A DNA stretch of 56,989 bases from a virus. Its lineage: Duplodnaviria > Heunggongvirae > Uroviricota > Caudoviricetes. Below, piece by piece: positions 19,401-28,519 of this stretch (the stretch's first letter is position 1; each line of letters begins with the position of its first letter). The DNA lies in the IMG/VR virus record IMGVR_UViG_3300009095_001812, positions 1-56,989 of that record; one strand, written 5' to 3'. Under the pieces are notes generated by a model that made no database searches, was not told the origin of the DNA, and worked only from the letters and a program-made list of their open reading frames with translations. The position numbers and the translations under genes were made by a program.

Positions 19401-21626
19401 TCTCTTGATTCTTTTGATGTAAAACTTCCAGAAGTTAAAACATCATCATCTGACACTGTAGATTTCTTTATCTGTGTTACCCAGACAGGTCAGTTACATG
19501 CTGTTATCAAAGATACTGGTTCTCAATTTTTCGAAGTGGATGATAACTACTTTGTTGAATCTCTTGGATTCAAAGAAATTGTAGATAAGAGAAAAGATCT
19601 TTGTATCGTGGCAAAAGTATCTGCACAAATTGCAGATCAGGATGGCGGACCCACAACATATAGCCTTGAGTCTGTTCTTGATGCTAGAAGATTTGTATTC
19701 AATCAAGATATCAATGAGTGGACTGTTGCTCTTCAAGAAGATGGATACTTTACAACATTTAGATCTGCTAGCGCAATGAAATGTTGGGCTATTGAGTATG
19801 GAATTAAAGAGTTCCTTTTTGTACATGAAAATATAGATTCTGAAATTGATCTTACAGGTATTTCTTCTGATGTAACAATCAAATCAAAAAAACCAGTTAC
19901 AGTAACTTCTGAGGTTGGTTTCCGAGCCGGATCTAATATTCACTTTTATGATTTTGATTTTATCTACAACGCTCCATTTGCTAGCCTTCCAACAGGTTTT
20001 CCTGGTGTTAATTATAATGATACAGCTAATGTAAATCTTGATGCAGCTTGTATTCTTTTTGATCCTGTGTCTTCTGATATGTCAAACATATCAGTAAAGA
20101 AATGTTCGTTTACAAGAACAGTATCAGGTCAAAGAGCACCATTCGTCATGGCTACAATTGGAGATGATGGGTATCTATCAGATGTTGAATTCTCTAAGAA
20201 TATATTTGTACCAATGGCCGCTGGTGCAAGTTCAAATGACTATGCAAACTGCGCGATTGCGGTCATCAGCACAGCGTCGACCTTGGCAGGGTATGCTCAG
20301 AACGTAAATATTGAAAAAAACCAAGTTGAAGGGAAAAACTGCATTCTTGTTTCTTCAATAAATCCAAGTGCTGGTCTTTCTGCAAGAGGTATTTACATAA
20401 ATAAGAATATCGTTTCACTTGGAATGATTGGCTATGCTATTATAGGATCTAACGCAAATAATATGAATTCAAGTGAGTGTTTGAGAGTTTCAAATAACAC
20501 AACAATTGCTATTATTTGGGCTAATAGCGAGGGTCGTTATACAACATCAAGTGGAACAGATCATAATAATCTTGGAAATGGAAATATTATTATAGATAAA
20601 AACACAGCGGTGTTTATTAGAGGTGTGGCTCTTGGTAATACATCTAAGATAAAATCTGTACTTAAGATTTTACATAACACATTAATAATGTCTCAATCTA
20701 TATCTTATACGGCGGCTTGGCTTATTACATCTCCAATGGCTATTATTTGTTCTGGACAAGTCTCAGCACTTAATTCAACACATGTAAATATTGAAGGAAA
20801 CACAATAAATTCCCCATTATCTATTCCAGATATATATTCATGGGGAATTTATTGTGATCCACAAGGAACAATTAGAGGAAACTTTATAGATGGATTTTCA
20901 ACTAGAGGTATTGAAGCTGGATTTTCTTCAAAAGTTATTATTTCTCAAAATACTATCAATAGAAACGGTCAATCGATAGATTGTTACATCAAAAGTAATG
21001 GTGATATCGTTGTTGATAATATATTTGATTCAAGAACGATAGATGGAACCGATACGCAAACAATAGATTCATCATCTACATGTGTTGTAGATAGAAACGT
21101 AAATCACTTAGTTACTACGAACGCAAATCTATACAACACTCTTCAACCTTGGGGTTCTTCGACATCGAGCTTTGAATATAATTCAGATGGTTCAAATATA
21201 TGGATACAAAATTCATCACCTCCTGAGAATCTTAGAGAGATTCATTCTTATGGAGATGGTTATGGTGTATTTGCAACGTTCGCAACTACAGGATCTTTGT
21301 CAGATGTAGTTGCGCTTATCAATCCAGCTGCATTTATTCCACCTGGTGCAAAACTTGTTCAAGCCTGGGTAAGAGTTAATTCAACAAACTCAGATTGGGA
21401 TGGTGGAAATTTTGTACTGCAAATCCATACAAAGCCAAGCACTTTAATCGGATCCAGCAGTATTAACCTTAATGCTATTGTCAGCTCTCAAACTATTTAT
21501 GTTACGCCATCATCAGAACAAAGAGCCGATAATCTATTTGTGAAACTCTTTATCAATAACCCAGATCCAAATACTGCAAGTAAAACTGTATTTGTTGATG
21601 CTTTACATTTTTTGTATACTTGGTAA
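16467..21626 (+). CDS. Large virion structural protein (1719 aa) with C-terminal beta-helix; fibre/tailspike-like
   Basis: N-terminal MTIYPGQIDDD..AINQLRAAVFAIERTLGINPQG, two H.A..I...V.EA repeats, 11 DGY motifs, Asn/Ile-rich beta-helix near the C-terminus. Confidence 0.68.
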   Translation: MTIYPGQIDDDRTIIRIDDNLSELGTEAINQLRAAVFAIERTLGINPQGSKSSVNERISVLISSDGNINTNVLLDNLSALKIHDNQVAFDAGIQESKLDLAIFPLTTADLKSNIDALDALVDNTIDLATVTSANLLIHISGGQYLADNATPARHVASQIDINANPIDSRDIGYNWTGLLDVNGNLRSATQVAEALLQINDELVAHETSTGNAHVAVAITLDTTNFTELPTTLANVQEAFDYIDDQETVSTGLDRATLHSNGIIRDVRVEDPRIGIDGYNINVVPPTKITAYLAYPSQSEPVDDINNGDDIIKFFPSDNSTFEFDAQFARVRVGDSVRVNYGYGIETIFPVKSIRFIPGVEWVIRINSYNLRNLDGYDGYDGYDGYARIDRALFDRDTWGVLAVAGAVPNTQPIPSVPFTESIIVASPRGGAALGIGFDPAKLDQNHYNLYLRLYPSGDKDVFTDLPAIDVTGNTGTTPGVYSIDSVVEATNEQFRQSGYNYRFIAFNYKGEFGVILSDHYNNVAFSIISGQVDGASIVEGSFTKNVIGDATDGYDALGLGATRAAYATPVLGVGETFTDAQTALSYNTLVIPSVTGRNSLVDGARRDDLAKAGMTYPDGYWLATITSVTLNVPNQTKTVAYTVELDLKSQELKAGKTIVVQPTDPSNSSITGYGRFIIGRVEYSNCDCDSVVQTTITVINAIHGTGDPLGATLPVNTQVKIFFSEDSVSFSDDNINGDTVDGSPASFHRYNEIFATNIRETFSVERARMPKQQDIGDLLFTDSDSWRIRRVSPKLKGIRVDDTIRYYKSFVVSDYNATTGEFDGYLGDPDGTGNVINPGPTTRGKKNHPVRFYDSNHVDFIDIEFRELGIDPGTEITNGVARQVTIEIFDTLREHDQFFALAGVSHNDLSFRSVTDLREFGTLSEENFTESAIKFIQAGERILHANGVVRGFKYIGVGDTGSILQFTGGTALVNGAFVSLDSFDVKLPEVKTSSSDTVDFFICVTQTGQLHAVIKDTGSQFFEVDDNYFVESLGFKEIVDKRKDLCIVAKVSAQIADQDGGPTTYSLESVLDARRFVFNQDINEWTVALQEDGYFTTFRSASAMKCWAIEYGIKEFLFVHENIDSEIDLTGISSDVTIKSKKPVTVTSEVGFRAGSNIHFYDFDFIYNAPFASLPTGFPGVNYNDTANVNLDAACILFDPVSSDMSNISVKKCSFTRTVSGQRAPFVMATIGDDGYLSDVEFSKNIFVPMAAGASSNDYANCAIAVISTASTLAGYAQNVNIEKNQVEGKNCILVSSINPSAGLSARGIYINKNIVSLGMIGYAIIGSNANNMNSSECLRVSNNTTIAIIWANSEGRYTTSSGTDHNNLGNGNIIIDKNTAVFIRGVALGNTSKIKSVLKILHNTLIMSQSISYTAAWLITSPMAIICSGQVSALNSTHVNIEGNTINSPLSIPDIYSWGIYCDPQGTIRGNFIDGFSTRGIEAGFSSKVIISQNTINRNGQSIDCYIKSNGDIVVDNIFDSRTIDGTDTQTIDSSSTCVVDRNVNHLVTTNANLYNTLQPWGSSTSSFEYNSDGSNIWIQNSSPPENLREIHSYGDGYGVFATFATTGSLSDVVALINPAAFIPPGAKLVQAWVRVNSTNSDWDGGNFVLQIHTKPSTLIGSSSINLNAIVSSQTIYVTPSSEQRADNLFVKLFINNPDPNTASKTVFVDALHFLYTW
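17586..17621 (+). repeat. Four tandem 9-bp units encoding (DGY)4
   Basis: gatgggtat gatgggtat gatggatac gatgggtat; the third unit differs only at synonymous positions. Confidence 0.95.
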
Positions 21627-21627
21627 T

Positions 21628-21663
21628 AAAAAAGCCCGGTGAAATCACCGGGCTTTGTATTTT
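21628..21663. terminator. Bidirectional rho-independent terminator
   Basis: Perfect stem aaagcccggtg / caccgggcttt (21631-21656) with an A-run on the left and a T-rich tract on the right, between convergent genes. Confidence 0.9.
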
Positions 21664-21675
21664 GAAGTGGAATTC

Positions 21676-22545
21676 TTATTCGCAGCAGAATCCTTGAAGT
21701 ACACCTGATGCATAATCTACTGACACTGTGCAGTTCTTTCCAATTATTTCTGATGCTAAGGAAGTATCATTCCCCACTTCTAAATATTGAGCTGAACACG
21801 AATATAGCTGAGGCCCCTCTTCTCCAAGATCAGTACCACAAGCACTTAATGTCAAGGTATATGGAGTTATAAGAATACATCCACCACCACAAATGTTTGG
21901 TTGTCCTTCGGTACTTTGTGGAATTTGATTTTCGGAATTTATAGGAACTCCCATTCCACAATCTCCCTGAGCATTAATACAATTACATTCAAGTTCACCA
22001 CCACAACCATCGTCAAAAAATCCACAGGCTGTACCAATATCTCCTTGAGCAACCGTTGTATCACCATTAAGTTCGATGGTCATGTCTTCACAGGTTTTAG
22101 GAATACAGGAACCTCCCATACCACCAGTTCCAGAATCAGCTCCACCTGAATTTGTGCCGCCGGTATCACCACCCATTCCACCGGACGAATCACCACCTGT
22201 TCCAGTTTCATTTCCGCCAGCAGAAGTGCCACCAGTGTTTTGATTACTTCCACCGGTTCCTGAATCTGAACCGCCAGTGTTGTCAGGATTTCCTCCGGTA
22301 TCGCCGTCACCGTCCCCATCACCGTCACCGGTTTCACTACCGCCAGTTCCAGTGTTGCAAATACACTCTCCCCAGAATTTATCTTCGTTGCAGGTTTGAA
22401 TACCTGAACATTCATCTGTGGAGCATGGGGATTCCTCACCCGCTTTATCGCATTCGGTTCCTTCTGAATCTTTCGTTGTGAAGGAGGAGCTGGATCCGCA
22501 AGCGGCCAGAGTAATCGCAAGAAGAAATGGAATGAGCTTTTTCAT
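21676..22545 (-). CDS. Cys-rich lipoprotein with Gly/Thr/Asp linker (myxobacterial style)
   Basis: Lipobox MKKLIPFLLAITLAA-C, Cys module, GTGGS/GDGDGDGD low-complexity linker, then CIPKTC..CG..DDGCGGELEC. Confidence 0.8.
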   Translation of the reverse strand: MKKLIPFLLAITLAACGSSSSFTTKDSEGTECDKAGEESPCSTDECSGIQTCNEDKFWGECICNTGTGGSETGDGDGDGDGDTGGNPDNTGGSDSGTGGSNQNTGGTSAGGNETGTGGDSSGGMGGDTGGTNSGGADSGTGGMGGSCIPKTCEDMTIELNGDTTVAQGDIGTACGFFDDGCGGELECNCINAQGDCGMGVPINSENQIPQSTEGQPNICGGGCILITPYTLTLSACGTDLGEEGPQLYSCSAQYLEVGNDTSLASEIIGKNCTVSVDYASGVLQGFCCE

Positions 22546-22737
22546 ACTTTATAGAATATTTGGGTTTGAAGTTTTATCCCCGGTGTTCCGAGGATGATTC
22601 GAAGTTACTCCAGCTGAATCTTCATGTCAAGAAAAAAGAACATGAAGTCTTTGTCTGAGCATTTTCCAGTGTAAGTATTCCTGGCTGGATGTAAGGCTGG
22701 GTGATCCGGTTGTAATGAGCTGGGTATATCCATTTGC

Positions 22738-23574
22738 ATGGAAACCCCCACAACCAAATGCTCGGTCTGCGGCGATACCCTGCCGCAAGACGAAAACCAT
22801 TTTCATGTGCGCAGCAAGGAGCCCTTGATCTTCCGTAAGGATTGCAAGGTCTGCGTTGGAAAACGTGGCCTCAAATACCGTGAAGAGAATCGCGATAAGG
22901 TTCTGAAGGCCAAGAAAGAATATTACCAAAGGAATCATGACAAGGTTCTTAAATACTCGCGCGAATACAACGCCCGTCCAGAGGTGAAGGCTCATCAAAA
23001 AGAATATCGTAAAGAGTATCTCAAAACAGAGAAGGGAAAGAAAAATCGTTTTGAAAGAAACAAAAGATACACCTCGAAACCAAAAGTAAAAGCCAAAATA
23101 GCCGCCCGTAGGAAAGAACGATATCACGCAAATATTGAGAAAAGCCGCGCAGAACTTAGGGAGTACAAAAAACGTCCAGAGGTTAGGGCTAAAGCTCGTG
23201 CATTTTATCACGCAACTAATACGCCAGAAAAGCGATTACGCAATGCTGTACGTACCTCAATCATCTACCACATGAAGCGATTGGGATTTACCAAGGATGA
23301 TTCTTTGGTGAAACACCTCGGGTATTCTCTGAACGATCTCAAAGCGCATCTAGAGGGCCTTTGGGAGCCATGGATGAATTGGGAGAATTGGGGACCATAT
23401 TGTGCAGATACCTGGAACGATGGGGATCCTAGTACATGGACGTGGCATGTTGACCACATTAAGCGGCACAGAGAGTTCAAATACTCCTCAGTAAAAGACC
23501 CAGAATTCAAGGAATGTTGGGCACTTTCGAACCTTAGACCGCTGTCCGCAAAGGAAAATGTGATCCGTCAATAA
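22738..23574 (+). CDS. HNH-like endonuclease with Zn finger and K/R/Y/E-rich helical repeats
   Basis: CSVC..CKVC, repeated KEYxxR units, MNWENWG..WHVDHIK..CWALSNLRPLSAKEN C-terminal nuclease motif; higher GC than flanks. Confidence 0.75.
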   Translation: METPTTKCSVCGDTLPQDENHFHVRSKEPLIFRKDCKVCVGKRGLKYREENRDKVLKAKKEYYQRNHDKVLKYSREYNARPEVKAHQKEYRKEYLKTEKGKKNRFERNKRYTSKPKVKAKIAARRKERYHANIEKSRAELREYKKRPEVRAKARAFYHATNTPEKRLRNAVRTSIIYHMKRLGFTKDDSLVKHLGYSLNDLKAHLEGLWEPWMNWENWGPYCADTWNDGDPSTWTWHVDHIKRHREFKYSSVKDPEFKECWALSNLRPLSAKENVIRQ

Positions 23575-23588
23575 GTTCGTATCCTGGT
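23570..23588 (+). promoter_or_regulatory. Putative phage late promoter, motif A (AATAW-N4-GYAT-N6-start), representative copy
   Basis: AATAA gttc GTAT cctggt ATG; related copies at 3166, 3894, 6519, 8683, 10440, 13354 and 16033. Confidence 0.6.
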
Positions 23589-24395
23589 ATGACTACGCCA
23601 GGTACTGGGAATTTAGTTCGTACAGATTTGTACAAAATTCACCATGTAGTTCAAAATACATTATTGAGCTATCCAAAAGAATTGGTAATAGGAATTTTGA
23701 GAGATGAATTTAGTAAAGATTCTTTCTATCATTTCGTTTCGGATCAATGGGGTTACCCCAAAACCCCAGACCTCACTGATGTGCCATTGGGCGCGGGATA
23801 CGATGATGACGTAACCACCCGAATCTTCATCGGTGAAAGTTTCCGCCAAGATGCCATTTTCTATCCAGCCCTTTTGGTAAAAATGACATCCGCCAAATAC
23901 GTTCCTATTGCGATGAATCGCAATAAGGATGTTGTGGAGTATGAAAAACTTCTCGTTGTTGATGATTTAGGTAATGAAAAAGAGTTCTTTAATCCTAAGC
24001 ATTTTGATTTAGCAGGTGCTTGGGAGGGAACTATTATCATAGATATTTTAGCAAGAGACATCACATCTAGGGATAACCTAATAAGTATTGTGATGCTAAT
24101 GTTCGCGGATATCAGATTTGAGAGTATGAGAAAAGCCGGTGTTCTCATAAAATCTGGACAGCCTAGCCTTGGAGGAGTTTCTGAGAGTGAAGATAGGCAA
24201 CAAGATAAATTATATAAAGCCACAGTTAGTATGGAGATCCGTACAGAGTGGAGAAGATTGATTCCTATAAGTGGGATTGTAGAGCGAATCAATTTATGTG
24301 TAGATTTTGGAGTTTTGGGAGAAAATCCAGTAATAAATCCAAATATACAAATAAGTGAAAGTATTTCATTGCTTGATCAAATTGATGCAATGTAA
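23589..24395 (+). CDS. Putative tail completion/terminator protein
   Basis: Directly upstream of the sheath; YPALLVK..IDILARDITSRDNL..YKATVSMEIRTEW pattern fits tail terminator folds. Confidence 0.6.
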   Translation: MTTPGTGNLVRTDLYKIHHVVQNTLLSYPKELVIGILRDEFSKDSFYHFVSDQWGYPKTPDLTDVPLGAGYDDDVTTRIFIGESFRQDAIFYPALLVKMTSAKYVPIAMNRNKDVVEYEKLLVVDDLGNEKEFFNPKHFDLAGAWEGTIIIDILARDITSRDNLISIVMLMFADIRFESMRKAGVLIKSGQPSLGGVSESEDRQQDKLYKATVSMEIRTEWRRLIPISGIVERINLCVDFGVLGENPVINPNIQISESISLLDQIDAM

Positions 24396-24666
24396 ACGCA
24401 TATCTGTGTATAGATTTAGCACAAAGCTAGTGAGGTAATATCCCCACATCTTAACGAGCAACAAATTTTTAAGATGATTAATGGCAGCCAATCTCTCTCT
24501 CACGATCTTGTAAAAATTCCTATGGCTAATCATACATATAGTTGTCAAGACGATCCTGGTTTTGTATGAGGTTTGGAAGTTAGAAAATTTAAGACCTCTC
24601 AATGCTAAGGAAATATAATTCTCGGTGCAAAAATGAAAAGAATTAAAAAGATAAAAGAGGTTCAAT

Positions 24667-27138
24667 ATGGCTGCTAACGTACCCGGTGCCACAAGTATAG
24701 TTCCAGGCGTTGTTTCAGAAACAAGAACGCTTCAGCGTGGTGTCAGCGTACCAATTGGCGCTCGCCTTGCTCTTCTTATGGGTGAGGGCCTCAAAGAAGA
24801 GGTTCTCATAGGTTCTGCAAATGGCGCGGGTGATGATGGTTTCAATCCAACATACACCTCAGGAACAGGATCGGATGGTAGACACTTTCTATTAGGTAGA
24901 GGTCAGGATGTAGTAGCTCCTGTAATTTCAAACCGTTCTCGTCTTTTCAAGAATGGTATAGAGCTAAACTTATTAGAAGATACAGTTGACTCTAATCTTT
25001 TTGATGGTCGTTTTGATGCAAGACTAGATCCGGCAACTGGTCAGATTGAGCTTCAAGCTGCATATTTAGTAGATCAGGGTGGGAGTTTTTATAGAGCCGG
25101 TGGTGGTAATGTAGGTAACGGTGTTATCGCAAACCTCTCTCTCATCGATCTAAATGCGCAACCAGAGACATGGACAATTCGTTGCTCAAGTGTTCGTAGA
25201 GATGGTTACGGAAATCCAATCGATGGATATGCTCGGTTTTTTGCTCGCGGTTCTGAGAGCGGTGTCCTCTTGGATGGATATGGAAACCAAATAACATGGC
25301 AGTCAAATAGCTCTTCTGTAAATAATGGAGTTTTACAATTTGCAATCACAGAAGGATCTGTTCCTTTCCAAGAAGGTGATGTTTTTGTTATTCAGGTTCA
25401 GGGTGGTGCTCTTGTTGCTGGGGATACATTATCGGCCAGATACATTTCTCAGCTTGACTTAAATGACCCAGAGCTTTTCACAGATCTAAATCAACTTATT
25501 GCTAAACATGGTCAGCCAAGCATTACCAACAGACTTTCTCTGGGCGCTCAACTATCATTCGCTAACGGCACGCCAGGTGTTTTTGCACTACAAACAAAAC
25601 CATCTTTACCAAGACGTATATCTTATACCTTGGAAGATTCTGCAAATGGTCAAAACGATCCTGAGGATTTGATCTGGGAGCTTCCTCTCAATGTTGTACC
25701 AGATGTTGATGCTAATATCAACTTCTTTGTTAGATCTCCATCTACTGGTGAAGAAGTGCAAGTTATTCCTAACAAGGTTGACTTCTTCGATCCTTCTATC
25801 AGCTCGAATCCTACGGCGTTCATTACTGGAGAGACATATTCTTACACCGTAATTCTTGATGACTCTGTTCAAAAGAAAGGTGAGGATGGTGTTCTAGTTG
25901 TAACTGGAGCAACAACAGCAACTCTTGAGAGTTCCACAATTTCTTTTGGGCTCGAAGACCTTGCTGCGACCAGATCTCTCAAAATTGAGAATTCTGCAAA
26001 TGGAAATGATGGAACGTTTACAATCACGGGTATCATGAATGGTAAACTTCAACTTTCTAGCGTAACACCGTTTGGTACTAGCGAAAACGATGTAGAGTTT
26101 TTTGTACTTGATTCTGTTGCAACATCAGCGCGCATTCTTATGACTCAAGACTTAGCACTCCAGCTTGGTGAGCGTCTACGCGCAACTGTTGTTGATACAA
26201 GAGATGCCGACTTCTATGACGCTGGATGGCTTGAGGCTTATGAGGCAGCTGAAAAGATTGAAGTTGATATGGTTGTTCCACTTCCATCTCAAACGATATC
26301 AGTTATTTTCCAGAACGGAAAGATTCATGTAGAGACAATGTCTAATATTAGAAACAGACGTGAACGTTTGTTGTTTGTTGGAGCTATTCAAGGCTTGAAC
26401 CCAGAAAACGTTATCGGAACCGAGGATGCGGCCGTCGAAGATATTGGTATCCTTGAAGGAATTCAGGGTGATGATGTTAGCGAAATTCTTGCAGGTAATG
26501 TTGAAGACCTTGCAAACTATGGAGTTCAGGCAGCATTTGGGGATACGTACAGAGTTGTGTACTTCTATCCTGATGAAATTGTAGTGCAGGCTGGTGCTGA
26601 CAGAATTAACGTAGATGGTTTCTTCATTGGTGCCGCTGCTGCTGGATACTTCTCTGGTTCTACACAAATTACTGAGCCACTCACAAACAAGAGATTGGCA
26701 GGTTTTTCAATTCTTAGAGACAAGCTGTACCCACCACTTGTTCAAGAGAATATTGTAAACTCTGGCATTACGCTACTCACACCCGTACAGGGTGGTGGAT
26801 TAGTTGTCTGGGGCAAAACAACAACTATTAGCCTAGAAGCAACAGAAGAGGAAATTAGCATAGTATTCGTAAGGGATAGGATCTCCAAGGCTATGCGTCG
26901 GGCATTCCTTCCTTACATTGGACGTGCTGAAAGCTCAACAACCAAGGCGACATTGTTTCAGGTTGCACAATCCCTAGTGCAGACATTCATTCAGCAGAGG
27001 TTGATCACTGCTTATGACGGTCTGACAGTAAATAGAGATTCTGTGGAACCACGTCAGTGGAATGTTACTGTTAATGTACAGCCTGTGTTCCCAATCAACT
27101 GGATATATATATTGATCAACGTTGGAAGACTTGACTAA
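24667..27138 (+). CDS. Contractile tail sheath protein
   Basis: N-terminal VPGVVSET, C-terminal HVETMS...RER, AAAAG, EPLTNKRLAGF, EISIVFVRD, WNVTVNVQPVFPINWIYI; GAGGT SD. Confidence 0.9.
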   Translation: MAANVPGATSIVPGVVSETRTLQRGVSVPIGARLALLMGEGLKEEVLIGSANGAGDDGFNPTYTSGTGSDGRHFLLGRGQDVVAPVISNRSRLFKNGIELNLLEDTVDSNLFDGRFDARLDPATGQIELQAAYLVDQGGSFYRAGGGNVGNGVIANLSLIDLNAQPETWTIRCSSVRRDGYGNPIDGYARFFARGSESGVLLDGYGNQITWQSNSSSVNNGVLQFAITEGSVPFQEGDVFVIQVQGGALVAGDTLSARYISQLDLNDPELFTDLNQLIAKHGQPSITNRLSLGAQLSFANGTPGVFALQTKPSLPRRISYTLEDSANGQNDPEDLIWELPLNVVPDVDANINFFVRSPSTGEEVQVIPNKVDFFDPSISSNPTAFITGETYSYTVILDDSVQKKGEDGVLVVTGATTATLESSTISFGLEDLAATRSLKIENSANGNDGTFTITGIMNGKLQLSSVTPFGTSENDVEFFVLDSVATSARILMTQDLALQLGERLRATVVDTRDADFYDAGWLEAYEAAEKIEVDMVVPLPSQTISVIFQNGKIHVETMSNIRNRRERLLFVGAIQGLNPENVIGTEDAAVEDIGILEGIQGDDVSEILAGNVEDLANYGVQAAFGDTYRVVYFYPDEIVVQAGADRINVDGFFIGAAAAGYFSGSTQITEPLTNKRLAGFSILRDKLYPPLVQENIVNSGITLLTPVQGGGLVVWGKTTTISLEATEEEISIVFVRDRISKAMRRAFLPYIGRAESSTTKATLFQVAQSLVQTFIQQRLITAYDGLTVNRDSVEPRQWNVTVNVQPVFPINWIYILINVGRLD

Positions 27139-27153
27139 CTTATAAGGTGATAA

Positions 27154-27804
27154 ATGGTGTATCCGCATACAGGTTCTATTTTAACAGATGCAGGGCGTAA
27201 CGTAACACGTACAGGCGTCAGCACTCAGATTATCATTCAGGTAGATGGTAATCCAGTTGGCGCTGTTAAAAGCTTATCAATCAATGAAACACGCGACATC
27301 GCAATGATCGCAGAGGTGGGAACTGATGGTTTTATTGACTCCGTTCCGAAGTCATCAACTAAAGTTAATGGAGCTTGTAAGCGTACTCGTTTTGATAACC
27401 TTCGTATTGCATCTGCTTTCTCTCGTGGCTTCGTTCACGTAGCCGCACAACGTATTCCTTTTGATATTGTCATTCTGGATATCTTTGCAGCTGACGAAGA
27501 TGATGCTGATGGTTTCAATGCTTCTGATTCTGTTATTACAACAGTAATCAAGAACGTTTGGATTTCAAAAATTGGAGTTTCCTACAACTCTGATGACTTC
27601 GTTATCGTAGAAGATTTGGATTGGCAAGCAGAGCATATTTACTCTTACCTCGGTCAGGGTCAATCCGCAGCTCCGGCTCCGTTTGCTCGTCAGATTCCAA
27701 TTATTGACAATGACGCATTTGAGCGTCAAGCGGATCTTGGTCAACGCCGTGGTGCTCTTGATGCTGCCGGTCTCATAAAAGTTGTAGACTCTGTAACTGG
27801 CTGA
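27154..27804 (+). CDS. Tail tube protein
   Basis: Follows the sheath; IIIQVDGNPVGAVKSLSINE..EVG..PFDIVILD..IKNVWI..YNSDDFVIVED. Confidence 0.82.
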   Translation: MVYPHTGSILTDAGRNVTRTGVSTQIIIQVDGNPVGAVKSLSINETRDIAMIAEVGTDGFIDSVPKSSTKVNGACKRTRFDNLRIASAFSRGFVHVAAQRIPFDIVILDIFAADEDDADGFNASDSVITTVIKNVWISKIGVSYNSDDFVIVEDLDWQAEHIYSYLGQGQSAAPAPFARQIPIIDNDAFERQADLGQRRGALDAAGLIKVVDSVTG

Positions 27805-27826
27805 TATATATCAATATGTCTAATGA

Positions 27827-27857
27827 ATCAAACCCTCTTTATGTAGGAGGGTTTGAT
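27827..27857 (+). terminator. Stem-loop after tube gene (weak terminator, attenuator or mRNA stabiliser)
   Basis: Perfect 11-bp inverted repeat atcaaaccctc / gagggtttgat; no strong U-tract. Confidence 0.6.
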
Positions 27858-27874
27858 CTATTAATTGGAGGCAT

Positions 27875-28519
27875 ATGGTTGGTGTACAAAGTTCTATTGG
27901 TAATTCTAGATTTTCAGAACGTGGTGCTGGAAAGAAACTCACTGTAGAAAACGCTGATGCTTTACCAGAGCGTCAAGAGTTGGATCCTAATTACGTTGCT
28001 GGTTTGCGCAGAGAGATGCAAGATAATCAGGAGCGTACTGAAAGAAAAATGTTTCAAGATGCACGTAGGCGTATTGAGATTATTACGGGTATTGGACGTA
28101 AGACCAAAGATGTTCAAATTGAAAATGCAACGTTCACCTTAAGAACGCTCAAGACGTTTGAACAAAACTGTTTGGCTCAAGTTGTTGAGAAGGCGGAGCG
28201 TATTACCCTTCATGATGGTAAAGTGGCATTTAAGCCAACATCCATGTACAACATTAAGATAGAAGCGTTGGGTCATTCTATATTTATGATAGATGGTCAG
28301 AATATTGATATTGTTTTAGGTACGACAAACGAAGATTACGAAGCTCAGTTAGAAACAAGAAAAGATCTTATTAGAGAAATGGATAACTCTCTAATAGATT
28401 ATTTGTTTATCAACTACGAAGATTTAATGAAAGAATCAGTTGATGGTTACATGCCAAGAAATGCTAAGGAAGCTGAGGAGGTGGTTGATACCATTAGAAA
28501 AAGTGGTAAGAACGCCTGA
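27875..28519 (+). CDS. Putative tail assembly chaperone
   Basis: Between tube and tape measure; FTLRTLKTFEQ..LIDYLFINYEDL; GGAGG SD. Confidence 0.7.
   Translation: MVGVQSSIGNSRFSERGAGKKLTVENADALPERQELDPNYVAGLRREMQDNQERTERKMFQDARRRIEIITGIGRKTKDVQIENATFTLRTLKTFEQNCLAQVVEKAERITLHDGKVAFKPTSMYNIKIEALGHSIFMIDGQNIDIVLGTTNEDYEAQLETRKDLIREMDNSLIDYLFINYEDLMKESVDGYMPRNAKEAEEVVDTIRKSGKNA

Noticed and set aside
21901-23510. Alternative ORFs 21901..22149, 22080..22520, 22152..22481, 22627..23211, 23265..23510
   Set aside because: Shadow frames of the low-complexity lipoprotein and the nuclease; no independent motifs.
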